Below, piece by piece: positions 9,792-22,588 of a stretch of DNA of 32,000 nt. Every line of letters starts with the position of its first letter. Positions within the stretch are counted from its first letter, which is position 1. The stretch covers positions 2,730,001 to 2,762,000 of the forward strand of contig NZ_CP053627.1 in assembly GCF_013177435.1 (NCBI RefSeq), read 5' to 3'. The notes beneath the pieces were generated by a model. That model did not search any database. It was not told where the DNA came from and saw only the letters and a program-made list of their open reading frames with translations. Origin of the DNA: Xylella taiwanensis. GTDB lineage: Bacteria > Pseudomonadota > Gammaproteobacteria > Xanthomonadales > Xanthomonadaceae. A program made the translations under genes and the position numbers.

Positions 9792-10624
9792 GTGCCAAAG
9801 CTGCAAATAGGAAATACGGACTGAAACGCGATGAACGGCTGCCGACCAAACTGCACACACGACGTCACCCGCTGCGATGCCGACGCAAACATCGCTTCAG
9901 ACAACCTACTCTCAACGCTGAAAGCAACAGAGGCAGGACCACGCACGACAGTGAACCCATTGGTATAGCGCAGATCAGCGCGCACGACCGGATGCTGCGG
10001 GTCCAACAATTGCGGCAACACTCGAGCGAAGCGTTGCAGTCGCTCCCTTGTATCGTCGCGACCAACCAGAATCTGCAGACCGTTACTTAATCCCAGCGAC
10101 CAACTACCCCGTGCATCCATCTCCAACCAGCTCACATCCAATCCGGTCGACGCAAACAGCGCACCCGAGACTTTATACAGTGCTATCACCTCCGTGACCT
10201 TACTGTCTGGACCACCAAGCTGTGGGAGCTTGAGATCTTTGAGCCCCCCCGGCACAGGAAACAACCGCCCCTGTTCGGACAACATCCGGTCAGCTCCCCA
10301 GCGCGCGAACGGCTGATGTTCAATCACCATGACTTCCAACACATCCGGCCAGCGCTTACTGACCTGCGCACGTTCCACCCATGGTAGACGCTCAATTGCA
10401 TCCTGGACCTGCTGCAACTGCACCGCAAAGAAACCGGAGCGTACGTAAGGTAATACCACTGCACGCAGTTGCTCCGGTGAAACACGCTTAAAATCGCCGG
10501 TCACACGCAGCTTGGCCAACGGCCAGCGCTCAGTGCCCACCCAACCATTGAGCACAGCGACCACCGGTAATACCACTAGCGTCATCGCCAACAACCAAGC
10601 CAGGATACGCAGCACAGTGTTCAT
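9788..10624 (-). CDS. ftsQ: Cell division protein FtsQ
   Basis: The ORF 9788..10693 was trimmed to the ATG at 10624, giving MNTVLRILAWLLAMTLVVLPVVAVLNGW, a single N-terminal TM helix. A POTRA-like region follows. The position between ddl and ftsA fits FtsQ. Confidence 0.85.
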   Translation of the reverse strand: MNTVLRILAWLLAMTLVVLPVVAVLNGWVGTERWPLAKLRVTGDFKRVSPEQLRAVVLPYVRSGFFAVQLQQVQDAIERLPWVERAQVSKRWPDVLEVMVIEHQPFARWGADRMLSEQGRLFPVPGGLKDLKLPQLGGPDSKVTEVIALYKVSGALFASTGLDVSWLEMDARGSWSLGLSNGLQILVGRDDTRERLQRFARVLPQLLDPQHPVVRADLRYTNGFTVVRGPASVAFSVESRLSEAMFASASQRVTSCVQFGRQPFIAFQSVFPICSFGT

Positions 10625-10730
10625 ACGATGGCACTCCAAGCGTGCGATACGCAAAACACGCACATCACAACGCTGCCAGCACAACATGCACACCCGTTCT
10701 GTCGCACACCCGTACGGATATCAAAGCAAC

Positions 10731-11687
10731 TCACAGCGTCTGCTCCAGAACCCGCCATACCAAGTCATCAAAGCCGATACCCAGTTGGCTCGCTGCCTTG
10801 GGTACCAACGAGTGGGCTGTCATACCAGGAGCAGTATTTACTTCCAGTAAGAAAAAGCGGCCACTCGCACCGTCACGCATCACGTCCACACGACCCCAAC
10901 CACGGCAACCGGCAGCACGAAATGCAGCCAAGGCAAGTCGAGCGATTTCAGCCTCATCAACACCGTCCAAACCCGGGCACAGATACTGAGTGTCTTCAGC
11001 AATGTACTTGGCGTTATAGTCATACCACTGTCCCTGAGGAACGATCCGAATGGACGGCAACGCCATTTCACCGAGAATCGCCACCGTCAATTCATCGCCT
11101 TCAATCAGCTCTTCCATCAGCAGCTCGCCATCGTAACGCCCCGCTGAAGCGGCCGCCTCCTCTAAATGCTCCAGCGCAAACACGCGACTAACACCAACAC
11201 TGGATCCTTCTTTAGCCGGTTTAATGATCACCGGCAAACCCAGCATCTCAGCCGCCTTACGCACCTCAACAGCAGTGGCACGAGCACTCAAACTCGCATA
11301 ACGCGGCGTAGGCAAACCCAAAGAAAGCCAAATCTGCTTGGTACGCACTTTATCCATACTCAGCGCCGAACCAAGCACATCCGAGCCGGTGTATGGCACA
11401 CCAAAAGCCTGCATCAAACCCTGCACCACACCATCCTCACCACCACCATTATGGCCGTGCAGCACATTGAACACACGGTCAAAACGCCGTTCTACCAGCG
11501 CCTGAGCCAGTGCCGGAATCCCATCTACCGGCTGGGCATTGACCCCGCGCGCGCGCAATCCTTCCAGCACGTTGTGACCAGAATGCAGAGACACCTCACG
11601 CTCAGAAGATGTCCCCCCAAAAAGCACTGCAACACGACCGAACACAGCCGGATTGGTGTAGCGTGGAGCAAGTGAAAATAGGCTCAT
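10731..11687 (-). CDS. ddl: D-alanine--D-alanine ligase
   Basis: 318-aa ORF with an ATP-grasp pattern: [19 protein letters not shown] near the N-terminus and [11 protein letters not shown] near the C-terminus. Its start overlaps the murC stop as ATGA. Confidence 0.93.
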   Translation of the reverse strand: MSLFSLAPRYTNPAVFGRVAVLFGGTSSEREVSLHSGHNVLEGLRARGVNAQPVDGIPALAQALVERRFDRVFNVLHGHNGGGEDGVVQGLMQAFGVPYTGSDVLGSALSMDKVRTKQIWLSLGLPTPRYASLSARATAVEVRKAAEMLGLPVIIKPAKEGSSVGVSRVFALEHLEEAAASAGRYDGELLMEELIEGDELTVAILGEMALPSIRIVPQGQWYDYNAKYIAEDTQYLCPGLDGVDEAEIARLALAAFRAAGCRGWGRVDVMRDGASGRFFLLEVNTAPGMTAHSLVPKAASQLGIGFDDLVWRVLEQTL

Positions 11688-13117
11688 ATTTCAATACCTC
11701 CAAAGCCAGCATGAGCGATCCGCTGAGCGATGTAACCAATGTCGCCAGCGCCCATCATCAACAGCAGATCATCGTCCTGCAGCACATCCGGTAATACCTC
11801 AACCAAACTAGCGACTTGGCCGACCACTACCGGCTCACTGCGTCCGCGTGCGCGGATCGCACGCGCCAGCGACTTAGCATCAGCACCCGGAATTGGCACT
11901 TCACCAGCCGGGTAAACCTCACTCAGCACGAGTGCATCGACACTGCTCAACACCGCAGCGAATGCGTCAAATTGATCGCGGGTACGACTGTAGCGATGCG
12001 GTTGAAACGCAACCACCAGACGCTTGTCCGGCCACCCCCCCCGCGCGGCCGCAAACACCGCCTCTAATTCACGCGGATGATGGCCATAATCGTCGATCAA
12101 ACGAACACATGCACCATTTCCAATGGCGATTTCTCCTAAATCATTAAAACGACGGCCGATACCAACAAAGCTCTTCAATGCACGCCCAATAATCTGCGGC
12201 GGCACACCCAACTGCCACCCTATTGCAGCGGCAGCCAAGGCATTGAGTACGTTGTGACGCCCAGGCAATGCCAGCGTCACCGGGATACTATTGCCCTCAG
12301 GAAGACACAGCGTAAAACACATGTGGGCACCCTCTTGAATCACCTCTTCGGCACGCACATCAGCAGCAGCATTGATGCCGTAAGTCATCACATGACGTGT
12401 CGTTTTGCTCGCCAACTCCATCACTTCAGGATCATCAATGCACAACAACGCCAGTCCATAGAACGGCAGGCGCTGCAGAAACTCCGCAAACGCTTCTTTT
12501 ATGCGAGAAAAGTCGTTGTCGTAGTTCTCCAAGTGATCGGCATCGATATTGGTAATCACCGCCACGAGCGGATTCAAACGCAGGAAACTACCATCGCTTT
12601 CGTCAGCTTCAACCACCAACCATTGACCGGCACCGAGCTTGGCGTTAGCACCAGCAGCAAGCAACTGACCACCGATCACAAAAGTCGGATCCAGCCCTCC
12701 CTCACTGAGCACTGCCGCAATCAGACTGGTCGTCGTCGTCTTACCGTGCGTACCGGCCACGGCAATGCCGTGGCGAAAACGCATCAACTCGGCCAACATC
12801 GCCGCACGCGGCATGATCGGGATACGCTGACTACGCGCCTCCATCAATTCGGGGTTATCTTCGCGAATCGCGCTGGACACCACCACGCAGTCGGTACCAA
12901 GCACATTGGCCGCTGAGTGACCACGCATCACCCGCGCACCAAGTGTGGCCAAACGTCGGGTCGCCGCATTATCGGCATTGTCCGAACCGGATACCTCGTA
13001 ACCCAACGTCAACATCACCTCAGCAATACCGCTCATGCCGGCACCGCCAATACCAACGAAATGCACGCGTGGGAACGTGCGGATCAAATCGCCATTGTCT
13101 TGGAGACGACGAATCAC
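11684..13117 (-). CDS. murC: UDP-N-acetylmuramate--L-alanine ligase MurC
   Basis: 477-aa ORF with [16 protein letters not shown] and the Mur ligase P-loop GTHGKTTT. Position in the dcw cluster fits MurC. Confidence 0.93.
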   Translation of the reverse strand: MIRRLQDNGDLIRTFPRVHFVGIGGAGMSGIAEVMLTLGYEVSGSDNADNAATRRLATLGARVMRGHSAANVLGTDCVVVSSAIREDNPELMEARSQRIPIMPRAAMLAELMRFRHGIAVAGTHGKTTTTSLIAAVLSEGGLDPTFVIGGQLLAAGANAKLGAGQWLVVEADESDGSFLRLNPLVAVITNIDADHLENYDNDFSRIKEAFAEFLQRLPFYGLALLCIDDPEVMELASKTTRHVMTYGINAAADVRAEEVIQEGAHMCFTLCLPEGNSIPVTLALPGRHNVLNALAAAAIGWQLGVPPQIIGRALKSFVGIGRRFNDLGEIAIGNGACVRLIDDYGHHPRELEAVFAAARGGWPDKRLVVAFQPHRYSRTRDQFDAFAAVLSSVDALVLSEVYPAGEVPIPGADAKSLARAIRARGRSEPVVVGQVASLVEVLPDVLQDDDLLLMMGAGDIGYIAQRIAHAGFGGIEI

Positions 13118-13172
13118 AAACGAGCCTCACTTCGAGCACTGCACCCAACGATTTTGGTGTCGATTCCTCGCC

Positions 13173-14267
13173 TCATATGGATTCCTCAAGAATAATGTCA
13201 GCAATACGCTCTGAGGCATCAGATTTAGCCAATCCACGTGCAATCTCAGCCATCGCCAAGCGACGTATCGGATCAGTCAACAAGGCACGCAACACGGGTT
13301 GCAGTCGCACACTCAGCGTGTCGTCCTGCTTAAGCAACAGCGCAGCACCGGCACCGGCCAGATATTCGGCATTGCGAGTCTGGTGGTCATCCACCGCAGC
13401 TGGGAAAGGCACCAACACACTACCAATACCGACGGCACACAACTCAGCCAACGTTGAGGCACCGGCACGACACACCACCAAGTCGGCCCAGGCGTAAGCT
13501 GCAGCCATGTCATTGATAAACGGTTCAACACGAGCAGCGACACCTGCTTGTGCATAGGCCATCTCCGCTTCAGCACACAATGTTTCGCCGCACTGATGGC
13601 GCACCTCCACTGCCACATCAGACAGCATCGCCAAAACCACCGGCAAAGCTTGATTCATTGCACGTGCGCCCTGACTGCCCCCAAGGACTAACAAACGCAC
13701 CGGACCACTGCGGCCAGCAAAACGCACCGCCGGCGCAGACAGCGCAGCAATGTCCTCGCGCACTGGATTGCCAACCACCTCCTCACCGACGAAACTGCCA
13801 GGAAAGCCTGCCAGCACGCGTCCGGCAACACGCGCGAGGATCTTATTGGTCATCCCAGGTGCACGATTCTGTTCGTGCACGATCAAAGGCAGGCGCATAA
13901 AGCGTGCTGCAATACCACCGGGGCCAGCAGCGAAACCACCAAAGCTGATCACAACGCGTGGGCGGTAGCGACGCAACACAACACTTGCGGCACAAATCGC
14001 GCGAAACACTCGCATAGGTGCCCCAAGCAAGGCCAACATGCCACGACCGCGCAAGCCGGCGATTGGGATTGTCTCGATTTCAATGCCGTGCTTTGGTACC
14101 AGATGGGTCTCCATTTTCCCGATCGCACCCAGCCATACCACTGGCACATCACGGGCTCGCAGCGCACGTGCCACCGCCAGGCCCGGGAAGATATGACCAC
14201 CGGTACCACCAGCCAAAATCATGACGGGACGATAGTGTGTCACCGGAGCCTGGACGACTATGGCCAT
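13173..14267 (-). CDS. murG: Lipid II-forming N-acetylglucosaminyl transferase MurG
   Basis: 364-aa ORF with the [13 protein letters not shown] motif. GGAAGG lies 4 nt upstream of the ATG. The start overlaps the ftsW 3' end by 10 nt. Confidence 0.92.
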   Translation of the reverse strand: MAIVVQAPVTHYRPVMILAGGTGGHIFPGLAVARALRARDVPVVWLGAIGKMETHLVPKHGIEIETIPIAGLRGRGMLALLGAPMRVFRAICAASVVLRRYRPRVVISFGGFAAGPGGIAARFMRLPLIVHEQNRAPGMTNKILARVAGRVLAGFPGSFVGEEVVGNPVREDIAALSAPAVRFAGRSGPVRLLVLGGSQGARAMNQALPVVLAMLSDVAVEVRHQCGETLCAEAEMAYAQAGVAARVEPFINDMAAAYAWADLVVCRAGASTLAELCAVGIGSVLVPFPAAVDDHQTRNAEYLAGAGAALLLKQDDTLSVRLQPVLRALLTDPIRRLAMAEIARGLAKSDASERIADIILEESI

Positions 14268-15532
14268 AGCACCTTCCCAAAAGCTGATGCCACGCGGGAC
14301 TGCATCCGGCTGATGCCACGCTGTGATGCGACCAAGGGAACAGCGGCAACCTCGTGCAGCAAAACCTCATCAGCAGCAGACACCAATTTTTTGCGCAATC
14401 GCTCCGCTCGATCGACCTCATAGGAAACACGTAGCAACAACCCTATCGCGACACATGTCATCAGCACCGACGAACCGCCAGAGGAAATCAGCGGCAGAGT
14501 CAGACCCTTCGTTGGCAAGATACCCAGATTGACAGCAATCGAGACGAAACTCTGCAAGCTGATCCATAACGCAATCCCTAAAGCGACATAACCGGGGAAA
14601 TGACGCTTCATCTCGACACAACGCATCCCTAGCCAGAACGCGCGTCCGACTAGCAATGTATACAACGCGATCACCGTACATACCCCAACGAAACCCAATT
14701 CTTCTGCAATCACCGAAAAGATGAAATCAGTGTGCGATTCAGGCAAATAATTGAGCTTCTGTACCGAAGCGCCCAGACCCACACCAAACCACTCGCCACG
14801 GCCCACCGCCATCAACGCATTGGACAACTGATAACCGGACCCACGTTGATCAGCCCACGGGTCCATGAATGACGTCATACGACGCATACGGTATGGCTCG
14901 AACACCACCAGCGCGACGAGCACCACCAGCGCTACAACTATCGGCATCGACATCTTTGGCAGATTCACCCCGCCTAATACCAACATCCCGGCAGTAATGC
15001 CCAGCAATAACGTTGAGGAACCAAAGTCTGGCTGCATCAACAACAAGCCAATCAACACAGCAACCACACTCAGCGGTTTAAGCATCGCCGGCCAAGTCGC
15101 GTTGACATCGTCACGGAAGCGCACCAGGTAGCTGGACAACCAAACGATATACAACACCTTCACCGCCTCGACCGTCTGGAACTTGGACACACCCAGATTG
15201 ATCCAGCGCTTGGCGCCGTTAACATTGCTGCCCAATCCCGGCACAAACACCATTAACAGCAACACGAAGCAGATCAAAAGAAGCATGCGGTTGTATTGTT
15301 CGACCTTCTTAAGCTCAGTACGCATCGCCAAAAACGCTAAACCGATGCCGATACTCAAGGACACGAGGTGCCGAATCAGGTAATAAAACGGGCTATTGGT
15401 CAGCTCGATCGAACTGGAAGCCACCATGACCACACCAAGCGAAGCCAACGCCACAGCAGCACCAAGCAGCCACGGATCGTAGCAGCCTCCAATGGCCTCA
15501 AGTCGGGTTGCCTGGCGCAAGAAAGCGTTCAT
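14258..15532 (-). CDS. ftsW: SEDS-family peptidoglycan glycosyltransferase FtsW
   Basis: The ORF 14258..15619 was trimmed to the ATG at 15532 ([13 protein letters not shown]...). This ATG shares one base with the mraY TGA stop (TGATG). The product is a polytopic membrane protein with FtsW/RodA-like segments. Confidence 0.88.
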   Translation of the reverse strand: MNAFLRQATRLEAIGGCYDPWLLGAAVALASLGVVMVASSSIELTNSPFYYLIRHLVSLSIGIGLAFLAMRTELKKVEQYNRMLLLICFVLLLMVFVPGLGSNVNGAKRWINLGVSKFQTVEAVKVLYIVWLSSYLVRFRDDVNATWPAMLKPLSVVAVLIGLLLMQPDFGSSTLLLGITAGMLVLGGVNLPKMSMPIVVALVVLVALVVFEPYRMRRMTSFMDPWADQRGSGYQLSNALMAVGRGEWFGVGLGASVQKLNYLPESHTDFIFSVIAEELGFVGVCTVIALYTLLVGRAFWLGMRCVEMKRHFPGYVALGIALWISLQSFVSIAVNLGILPTKGLTLPLISSGGSSVLMTCVAIGLLLRVSYEVDRAERLRKKLVSAADEVLLHEVAAVPLVASQRGISRMQSRVASAFGKVLWP

Positions 15533-16617
15533 CAGCGCACCTTCAACGTCGCCAAACCAATCAACACCAGCACCACAGAGATAATCCAGAAACGCACGAT
15601 TACACGCGGCTCCGGCCAACCCTTAAGCTCAAAGTGATGGTGGATCGGTGCCATACGAAACACACGCTTCCCGGTCAACTTGAAACTGACCACCTGAATG
15701 ATCACCGACAACGTTTCAATGACAAACACGCCACCCATCACCACTAATACCAACTCCTGCCGCACGATCACTGCAATCGTGCCAAGCGCCGCACCCAATG
15801 CCAGTGCACCGATGTCGCCCATGAACACCATTGCCGGATACGCGTTAAACCACAGAAAACCGAGGCCAGATCCAGCAATGGCCGCACAGATAATGATTAA
15901 ATCACCAGCGCCAGGAACCGTAGGAATCTTCAGATAACTGGAGAACAACACGTTCCCGGAAGCGTAAGCGAATACGCCCAATGCACACGCCACTAGCACT
16001 GTCGGCATAATCGCCAACCCATCTAAACCATCCGTCAAATTAACCGCGTTGGAGAAGCCAACAATCCAAAAATAGGTGATCGCGATAAAACTAATACCCG
16101 TCAGCGGTAATGCGATCGACTTGAACATGGGGATGTAAAAAGTGACTGCCGCCGGCACATCAGCAGTGCAGTAAAGAAACAAGCCAGCCGCCAAACCGAA
16201 GATCGACTGCAGCAGGTACTTCCAGCGCGATTTCAGACCGTTCGGATCACGCTTGGCAAGCTTGATCCAATCGTCGTACCAACCAATCGCACCAAAGCAC
16301 AGCATCACGGCCAATACCAGCCACACGTAGCGATTACGCAAGTCACCCCATAACAATACCGATAACGTCACTGTCATCAGAATCAGGGAACCGCCCATCG
16401 TCGGCGTGCCAGCTTTAGAAAAGTGCATCTTTGGGCCATCCTGGCGGATCGGCTGACCACCTTTAAATTGGGACAACTTCCGGATCAACACCGGCCCTAT
16501 CCAGAGCGACAACAATAATGAGGTCAATGCCGCCAGGATGCTGCGGAATGTCAGGTAATTGAACAACCCGAACAGACTTTCAAATTGCTGTAACCAACGG
16601 GCCAGTTCAAGCAACAT
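15532..16617 (-). CDS. mraY: Phospho-N-acetylmuramoyl-pentapeptide transferase MraY
   Basis: The ORF 15532..16635 was trimmed to the ATG at 16617 ([31 protein letters not shown]), parallel to the E. coli MraY N-terminus. The length is 361 aa. PIHHHFEL lies near the C-terminus. Confidence 0.92.
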   Translation of the reverse strand: MLLELARWLQQFESLFGLFNYLTFRSILAALTSLLLSLWIGPVLIRKLSQFKGGQPIRQDGPKMHFSKAGTPTMGGSLILMTVTLSVLLWGDLRNRYVWLVLAVMLCFGAIGWYDDWIKLAKRDPNGLKSRWKYLLQSIFGLAAGLFLYCTADVPAAVTFYIPMFKSIALPLTGISFIAITYFWIVGFSNAVNLTDGLDGLAIMPTVLVACALGVFAYASGNVLFSSYLKIPTVPGAGDLIIICAAIAGSGLGFLWFNAYPAMVFMGDIGALALGAALGTIAVIVRQELVLVVMGGVFVIETLSVIIQVVSFKLTGKRVFRMAPIHHHFELKGWPEPRVIVRFWIISVVLVLIGLATLKVR

Positions 16618-18013
16618 GCGATGCACCATCCGCACTCGACAACAGTGCGCTCACAATCTTATCCATGGCACTACCCCGCGAGCCCTTCACAAGTACGCGT
16701 GGCGGCACTTCGGCTTGAGCACGCTTCAAGTCATCCCACAACACGGCCGCCAACGCCGCATGATCAGCAAACACATACCCACCCTCACCAAACGTTCGAG
16801 CCGCAACGGCACTCAACTCACCCAGCGCGTACAACCGGGCTACTTTCGCTTGGCGTGCGCGACGTCCAGCCGCCGCATGTAGCGCTATACCTTCCAAACC
16901 GAGCTCGCGCATGTCGCCAAGTACCAACCACGCCGGACCTACAGCAGTCGTCAACGTGTCGATCGCCGCGTCTAACGAACCGGGGTTGGCGTTGTAACTA
17001 TCATCGATCAATACCGCACCGCCGGGTAATGCATGCGCGACTTGGCGGCCAGCCACCGGCTTGGCCAAACCAAGACCGGTCGCAATTTGCGTCAACGAAA
17101 TGCCAGCCACCAGCGCCATGGCCGCCGCCGCCAGCGCATTACACACATTGTGACGTCCAGTCAGTGCCAGCCGTACCGGCACCTCCCCCTGCGGCGTAAC
17201 AAGTACAAAACGCACATGATCCTCACTGAATTGCAGGTGATACGCAGTAATGTCAGCAGGCACCTGCAAACCGAACCGCAACACTGCACGGCCAGCCGGC
17301 ACACACTGCTGCTCAAACCACAAAGCAAAGGCATCATCGACATTGATCACAGCGGTACCACCAGGCCGCAACGCGGCATAGATCTCACCTTTGGTACGCG
17401 CCACACCAAGCAGGCTGCCCATGCGCTCCAAGTGGGCCGGTGCGATGTTGTTGACTAACGCCACATCCGGCGGAACGATGCCAGTCAAATAACCGATGTC
17501 ACCCAACTTGCCAGCCCCCATCTCGTACACCACAAAATCGGCATCATCGGGGGCAGCAATCACTGCCAACGGCAGGCCGATCTCGTTGTTGCGGTTGCCG
17601 GAGTTCGCGTAGACCACTGCACTGTTCTGCGCCGCGGCATGCTCCAAGATCGACACAAGCAGTGCTTTAACACTGGTTTTTCCATTGGAACCAGTCAATG
17701 CCAACACAACGGAAGTGCGGTCACGCTGCAATGCTGCAGCAACCGCCGCAAGTGCACGCTCAGTATCGGCCACAACGACCTGAGGGATATCCAGTTCTGG
17801 CAACACGTGATCGACTAATAACCCCGCCGCACCGCGTGCCAACGCTTCGGCACAGAATGCATGGGCATCGAAGCACTGGCCGCGCAACGCCACATACAAC
17901 ACGCCAACATCCAGCGCACGGGTGTCATGACCGATGGCGCACACCATGACATCTTCACCATGCAGGTAACCGCCAGTCCAATGCGCAATTAATGAAAGTG
18001 GTGTACGCCTCAT
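16607..18013 (-). CDS. murF: UDP-MurNAc-tripeptide--D-Ala-D-Ala ligase MurF
   Basis: 468-aa ORF with the P-loop TGSNGKTS. It lies between murE and mraY. Its ATG shares one base with the murE stop (TGATG). Confidence 0.92.
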   Translation of the reverse strand: MRRTPLSLIAHWTGGYLHGEDVMVCAIGHDTRALDVGVLYVALRGQCFDAHAFCAEALARGAAGLLVDHVLPELDIPQVVVADTERALAAVAAALQRDRTSVVLALTGSNGKTSVKALLVSILEHAAAQNSAVVYANSGNRNNEIGLPLAVIAAPDDADFVVYEMGAGKLGDIGYLTGIVPPDVALVNNIAPAHLERMGSLLGVARTKGEIYAALRPGGTAVINVDDAFALWFEQQCVPAGRAVLRFGLQVPADITAYHLQFSEDHVRFVLVTPQGEVPVRLALTGRHNVCNALAAAAMALVAGISLTQIATGLGLAKPVAGRQVAHALPGGAVLIDDSYNANPGSLDAAIDTLTTAVGPAWLVLGDMRELGLEGIALHAAAGRRARQAKVARLYALGELSAVAARTFGEGGYVFADHAALAAVLWDDLKRAQAEVPPRVLVKGSRGSAMDKIVSALLSSADGASHVA

Positions 18014-19497
18014 CAGGGACCCTCCTGCACCGACATGACCGCAAGCATGCGCATCGCAACCTCGGTGTCGTCGAACGGATGCCGCACCCCAGCCACTTCC
18101 TGGTATTGCTCGTGACCTTTGCCAGCAATCAACACGATGTCATCTGCGCTGGCCATACCAATGGCTGCAGCAACCGCAGCAGAGCGGTCACGCTGCACTT
18201 TTACGGCTTCGGGATGAACAAAACCGGCCAGAATGTCGGCGACAATGCGGTCACCATCTTCACCACGCGGATTATCGTCGGTCACGAACACGACATCGGC
18301 TTTTTTCTCGGCAATAGCAGCCATTTGCAGGCGCTTGCCGCTATCGCGTTCACCACCACAGCCAAACACACAAATCAAACGGCCACAGGCATGACTGCTC
18401 AAACTGGACAGCACCTGCTCCAGCGAATCGGGTGTATGTGCGTAATCGACAACCACCAGAGGCTGCCCATCATGACCGCCAAGGCGATTCATCCGACCCT
18501 GAATCGGCTGCAACTGCGACAGCACCGCAGCGATCTCGGTCGGAGCATGGTCCAACGCATATAAAACACCGGCTACCGCAAGCAGATTATCAACGTTGAA
18601 ACGCCCCATCAGGGGTGAATGCACCGGCAAACGGTGAGTGCCGATCACCAGATCGAACGCGATACCCTGAGCATTCAGACTCAGATGCTGCGCCCCTACA
18701 TCGGCATGCGTGTGACCACGTGAGCTGATTGCGATCCGGCGCACCCCATGGGCCACACCATGCAACAGGCGGACACCAAAGGGGTCATCCACGTTGATCA
18801 CCGCTGCCTGCAAATCGTTGTACGTGAAGAGCCGAGCCTTGGCTGCACCGTAGTGCTCCATGTCACCGTGATAATCAAGGTGATCACGTGTCAGATTGGT
18901 AAACACCGCCACGTCATAGCGCACGCCGTCTACGCGTCCCTGGTGAAGTGCATGCGAACTGACTTCCATCGCCACCGCCTGCGCGCCAGCATCACGTAGC
19001 TGTCCCAGACACTGATGCAGTTGCAACACCAGCGGCGTCGTGAAACCCGTCGGTACGGCCTGATCGTACAAACCCACACCGAGTGTTCCACAGGTCGCAC
19101 TGCGCACGCCCAGACGATGCCAAGCCTGCGCCAACAATTGCACAGTGGAGGTCTTACCATTGGTGCCAGTGACACCGACCATAGTCATCTCTTGCGACGG
19201 ATGGCCGTGGAAGTGGTCCGCCATCGCACCCAGACGCCCACGCAATCCAGGCACTGCAATCGCCTCGTCAGGCACTGGTAACCCCTCTGGTGCAGGCGGC
19301 TCAAACAAAATCACCACTGCACCTTTGGCACACGCCTGCTCAATGAAACCCAACCCATGGGCGCCGAACCCTGCAATCGCGACAAAAGCATCGCCTGGCT
19401 GCACCTCGCGGCTATCCATGACTAAACCAGAGATAACGACATCACGCGCTTGCGGAATATCAGGCAACAGCTGCGCCAATGGCATGAAACGCCTCAT
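18013..19497 (-). CDS. murE: UDP-MurNAc-L-Ala-D-Glu--2,6-diaminopimelate ligase MurE
   Basis: 494-aa ORF with the P-loop [10 protein letters not shown]. The DNPR motif ([10 protein letters not shown]) is typical of meso-DAP-adding MurE. ATGA overlap with the ftsI stop. Confidence 0.93.
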   Translation of the reverse strand: MRRFMPLAQLLPDIPQARDVVISGLVMDSREVQPGDAFVAIAGFGAHGLGFIEQACAKGAVVILFEPPAPEGLPVPDEAIAVPGLRGRLGAMADHFHGHPSQEMTMVGVTGTNGKTSTVQLLAQAWHRLGVRSATCGTLGVGLYDQAVPTGFTTPLVLQLHQCLGQLRDAGAQAVAMEVSSHALHQGRVDGVRYDVAVFTNLTRDHLDYHGDMEHYGAAKARLFTYNDLQAAVINVDDPFGVRLLHGVAHGVRRIAISSRGHTHADVGAQHLSLNAQGIAFDLVIGTHRLPVHSPLMGRFNVDNLLAVAGVLYALDHAPTEIAAVLSQLQPIQGRMNRLGGHDGQPLVVVDYAHTPDSLEQVLSSLSSHACGRLICVFGCGGERDSGKRLQMAAIAEKKADVVFVTDDNPRGEDGDRIVADILAGFVHPEAVKVQRDRSAAVAAAIGMASADDIVLIAGKGHEQYQEVAGVRHPFDDTEVAMRMLAVMSVQEGP

Positions 19498-21335
19498 TGG
19501 TTATTTCTCTGCATCGGAGACGGGGATGGTGCAACCACAGTAGGAATCCCAGCGGCCACCTCGTCGGCAGCATCGGGTACCAACGCCGGATCGAGCTCGA
19601 TCTGCCGCGCTGGCGTCCGTCCGGTTTTGCCAGCAACCTGCGCAGCCAGCCATGATTGAATATCGTCGGGAGACACATCCATCAGCCGTAGTGCTCCCTC
19701 CATGACCCGGCGGAACACTGGTGCAGACACCAACCCGCCGTAGTAGACCTTGCCCTGCGGATCGTTGATCACAATGACGGTAGCGAAGCGCGGGTGTGTG
19801 GCCGGCACCAAACCAGCAAACAGCGCGTTGTAATGGCCGGATTCGTAGCCATTAGCACCCGTTTTGCGCGCCGTGCCCGTCTTGCCGGCAACATGGTAGC
19901 CGAGGATCGCGGCGGCCTTAGCACCTCCACGGGTAACCACGGTTTCCATCATGCCAATCACTTGGCGTGCAACTTGGGAGTCGATCACTTGGCGTGCTTC
20001 GGCATGCTGGCCTTTCACAAAAGTCGGTGGGATCAGCTTGCCGCCGTTACCCAACGCCGCGTACGCCTGTGCAATTTGCAACGGCGTCACAGACAGGCCG
20101 TAACCGTAAGACATCGTGGTCTTGGAGGTACCGCTCCAGCGTGCCGGTAAAGGCAACACCCCGCTGGATTCACCAGGAAAGCCGCTATGAGGTGCCGTAC
20201 CGTAACCAAAGCCTTGAATCAATTGGTAGAACGTCTGGTCCGGCACCTTGGCGACGATCTTGGCGGCACCGATGTTGGAGCTGCGCGTAATCACGCCAGT
20301 TACATTGAGCACACCGTTGTTACGCGGCACATCACGGATGGTAAAGCGCCCCAATGACAGATAACCAGGATTGGTATCAATGACCGTATCGGGAGTCACC
20401 ACACCAGCTTGCAACGCGGTCGCAATCGTCAGCGGCTTCATCGTCGAGCCTGGCTCGATCAGATCCGTCACCGCGCGGTTACGCTGCGCTGAGGAGTTAA
20501 TCCCGGTCACCGCGTTAGGGTTGTAGGTCGGTAGATTGACCATGGCTAGAATTTCGCCAGTGTCCACAGCCATCACCACAATCGAACCGCCAGCGGCTTG
20601 ATTTTCGATAATGGCGTTGCGCAGTTCCTTATAAGCAAGGTATTGGATACGACGGTCGAGCGTTAAGACCAGGTCCTTGCCCGGCTGCGCCGATCGGATC
20701 AAATCCACACTCTCCACAATGGCGCCGCGTGCATCACGTACCACACGCTTGCTGCCAGGCTTACCTCGCAGCCAGTCATCGAATGCCAGCTCCAAACCTT
20801 CCTGGCCACGGTCATCGATATTGGTAAAACCCAATACATGAGCCATCACCTCACCCTGAGGGTAAAAACGCCTGAACTCACGCTGTGTAAACACCCCAGG
20901 AATTTTTAACGCAAGAATGCGGTGTGCAACATCCGGGTTAATCCTGCGCTTGAGGTACATGAACTCTTTATCGGCCTTCTGCGACAAACGAGTGGTGAGT
21001 TCATCCACCGGGGCTTGCAGTACATTGGCCAGTTTCGGGATCCAATCAGGATTACGCAGCAGTTCCTGTGGGTTTGCCCAAATCGATTCCACCGGTGTGG
21101 AGACCGCTAACGGCTCACCATTGCGATCTGTAATCATGCCGCGTGAGGTTGGAATCGGCAGCTCACGCAAGTAACGCGCTTCAGCCTGACGCTGGTAGAA
21201 ATCGCTATTGATCAATTGCACGTAGGCTGCACTAGCGATCAACGTCAGTGAACACAGCGCCAGTGCCGTACCCACCAGCAGCAGCCGGCCACGCAGATTG
21301 AAATGACTGCGGAAGCGACTGTGGCTGGTCTTCAT
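19494..21335 (-). CDS. ftsI: Division-specific class B penicillin-binding protein FtsI (PBP3)
   Basis: 613-aa ORF with an N-terminal TM helix and the transpeptidase motifs STMK, SSN and KTGT. Confidence 0.93.
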   Translation of the reverse strand: MKTSHSRFRSHFNLRGRLLLVGTALALCSLTLIASAAYVQLINSDFYQRQAEARYLRELPIPTSRGMITDRNGEPLAVSTPVESIWANPQELLRNPDWIPKLANVLQAPVDELTTRLSQKADKEFMYLKRRINPDVAHRILALKIPGVFTQREFRRFYPQGEVMAHVLGFTNIDDRGQEGLELAFDDWLRGKPGSKRVVRDARGAIVESVDLIRSAQPGKDLVLTLDRRIQYLAYKELRNAIIENQAAGGSIVVMAVDTGEILAMVNLPTYNPNAVTGINSSAQRNRAVTDLIEPGSTMKPLTIATALQAGVVTPDTVIDTNPGYLSLGRFTIRDVPRNNGVLNVTGVITRSSNIGAAKIVAKVPDQTFYQLIQGFGYGTAPHSGFPGESSGVLPLPARWSGTSKTTMSYGYGLSVTPLQIAQAYAALGNGGKLIPPTFVKGQHAEARQVIDSQVARQVIGMMETVVTRGGAKAAAILGYHVAGKTGTARKTGANGYESGHYNALFAGLVPATHPRFATVIVINDPQGKVYYGGLVSAPVFRRVMEGALRLMDVSPDDIQSWLAAQVAGKTGRTPARQIELDPALVPDAADEVAAGIPTVVAPSPSPMQRNNQ

Positions 21336-21595
21336 GGACGCACCACGACAATCTCGTTGCTTTCCGGGAATTTCATCCCCAGACGCTCACGTGCAACCTG
21401 GTCAACCCGATTGGCTTCGGCCCAGGTCGCTTGCTCCAACTGCAATCGACCAAACTCGATATTCAAATCATCACGGACCCGCTCGGCATGGGACAGTTCA
21501 ACGAACAGCTTGCGATGCAGGTGGCGCATATAAACCACACCGATCGCCGAGGCGACTGTGCACGCCAACAGAACAATCAACAGAAGGCGGCTCAT
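21332..21595 (-). CDS. ftsL: Cell division protein FtsL
   Basis: 87-aa ORF with a TM helix ([19 protein letters not shown]) followed by a coiled-coil-like segment. It has ATGA overlaps with both neighbours. Confidence 0.85.
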   Translation of the reverse strand: MSRLLLIVLLACTVASAIGVVYMRHLHRKLFVELSHAERVRDDLNIEFGRLQLEQATWAEANRVDQVARERLGMKFPESNEIVVVRP

Positions 21596-22578
21596 TGCAC
21601 CACCTCCAACCTATCCAACTTCTCAGCCACCCGCAGCACCGCACTGCGTGCACGTGGATTAACCACTAATTCATCGTCATCGGCCTGGATCGAACGACCG
21701 ATAATGCGCAATAGCGGCACGAAGGTCTGCATCTCAGGCAGGCGGCGGTTGCCAAACGGCACTTTGGCATGACGATGGATGAACTGCTTGACGATACGGT
21801 CCTCCAGCGAGTGAAAACTGATCACGACCAACCGCCCGCCTGGGCGTAATGCGGCAAGTGCCGCCTCAAGACCAACCTCCAAATCCAGCAATTCACAGTT
21901 CACATGGATACGGATCCCCTGAAAGCTGCGCGTAGCAGGATGAATCCTGGATTTATGGGCACCAGACTTGCTGCGTAACATCACCGATGCAATCAGTTCA
22001 GCCAACTGCACGGTACGTAATAACGGCTGCTTAGCACGATACGCGACGATCGCACGAGCAATACGACGGCTCTGCTTCTCCTCGCCATAGGTCCAAAGTA
22101 CATCAGCGATTTCACGCTCGGGCACACGTGCCAGCCACTGCGCCGCACTCTCTCCGATCTCCGGATCCATGCGCATGTCGAGCGGACCATCCTTAACAAA
22201 AGAAAAACCGCGCTCAGCCACATCCAACTGTGGTGAAGACACTCCCAAGTCGAACAACACTCCATCCAAAGACTGTGGCGCAGCCACCTGTGCGAGCGAA
22301 GCAAAGCTGCCATGACGGATGACTACGCGCGGATCGGAGCTGAACGCACGCGCAGCCATTGCGATCGCTTCTGGATCCTTATCCATCACTAGCAGTCGAC
22401 CTCCGGGGCCGAGCTGTTGCAGCACCCCACGCGCGTGCCCCCCACGCCCGAAAGTACCATCCAAATAGATTCCGTTTTCAACCACCCGCAACCCTTTCAT
22501 GGCTTGCGTGTAGAGCACGGGGACATGCGTCACTGACAATTGCGGTGCCAGGCAATCGGACCACCCTGTGTCGCACAT
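21592..22578 (-). CDS. rsmH: 16S rRNA (cytosine1402-N4)-methyltransferase RsmH (MraW)
   Basis: The ORF 21592..22629 was trimmed to the ATG at 22578, 10 nt after the mraZ stop. HVPVLYTQ and the SAM-binding DGTFGRGGH motif are present. The start choice is less certain than the call. Confidence 0.88.
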   Translation of the reverse strand: MCDTGWSDCLAPQLSVTHVPVLYTQAMKGLRVVENGIYLDGTFGRGGHARGVLQQLGPGGRLLVMDKDPEAIAMAARAFSSDPRVVIRHGSFASLAQVAAPQSLDGVLFDLGVSSPQLDVAERGFSFVKDGPLDMRMDPEIGESAAQWLARVPEREIADVLWTYGEEKQSRRIARAIVAYRAKQPLLRTVQLAELIASVMLRSKSGAHKSRIHPATRSFQGIRIHVNCELLDLEVGLEAALAALRPGGRLVVISFHSLEDRIVKQFIHRHAKVPFGNRRLPEMQTFVPLLRIIGRSIQADDDELVVNPRARSAVLRVAEKLDRLEVVQ

Positions 22579-22588
22579 GGGTTCCCAC

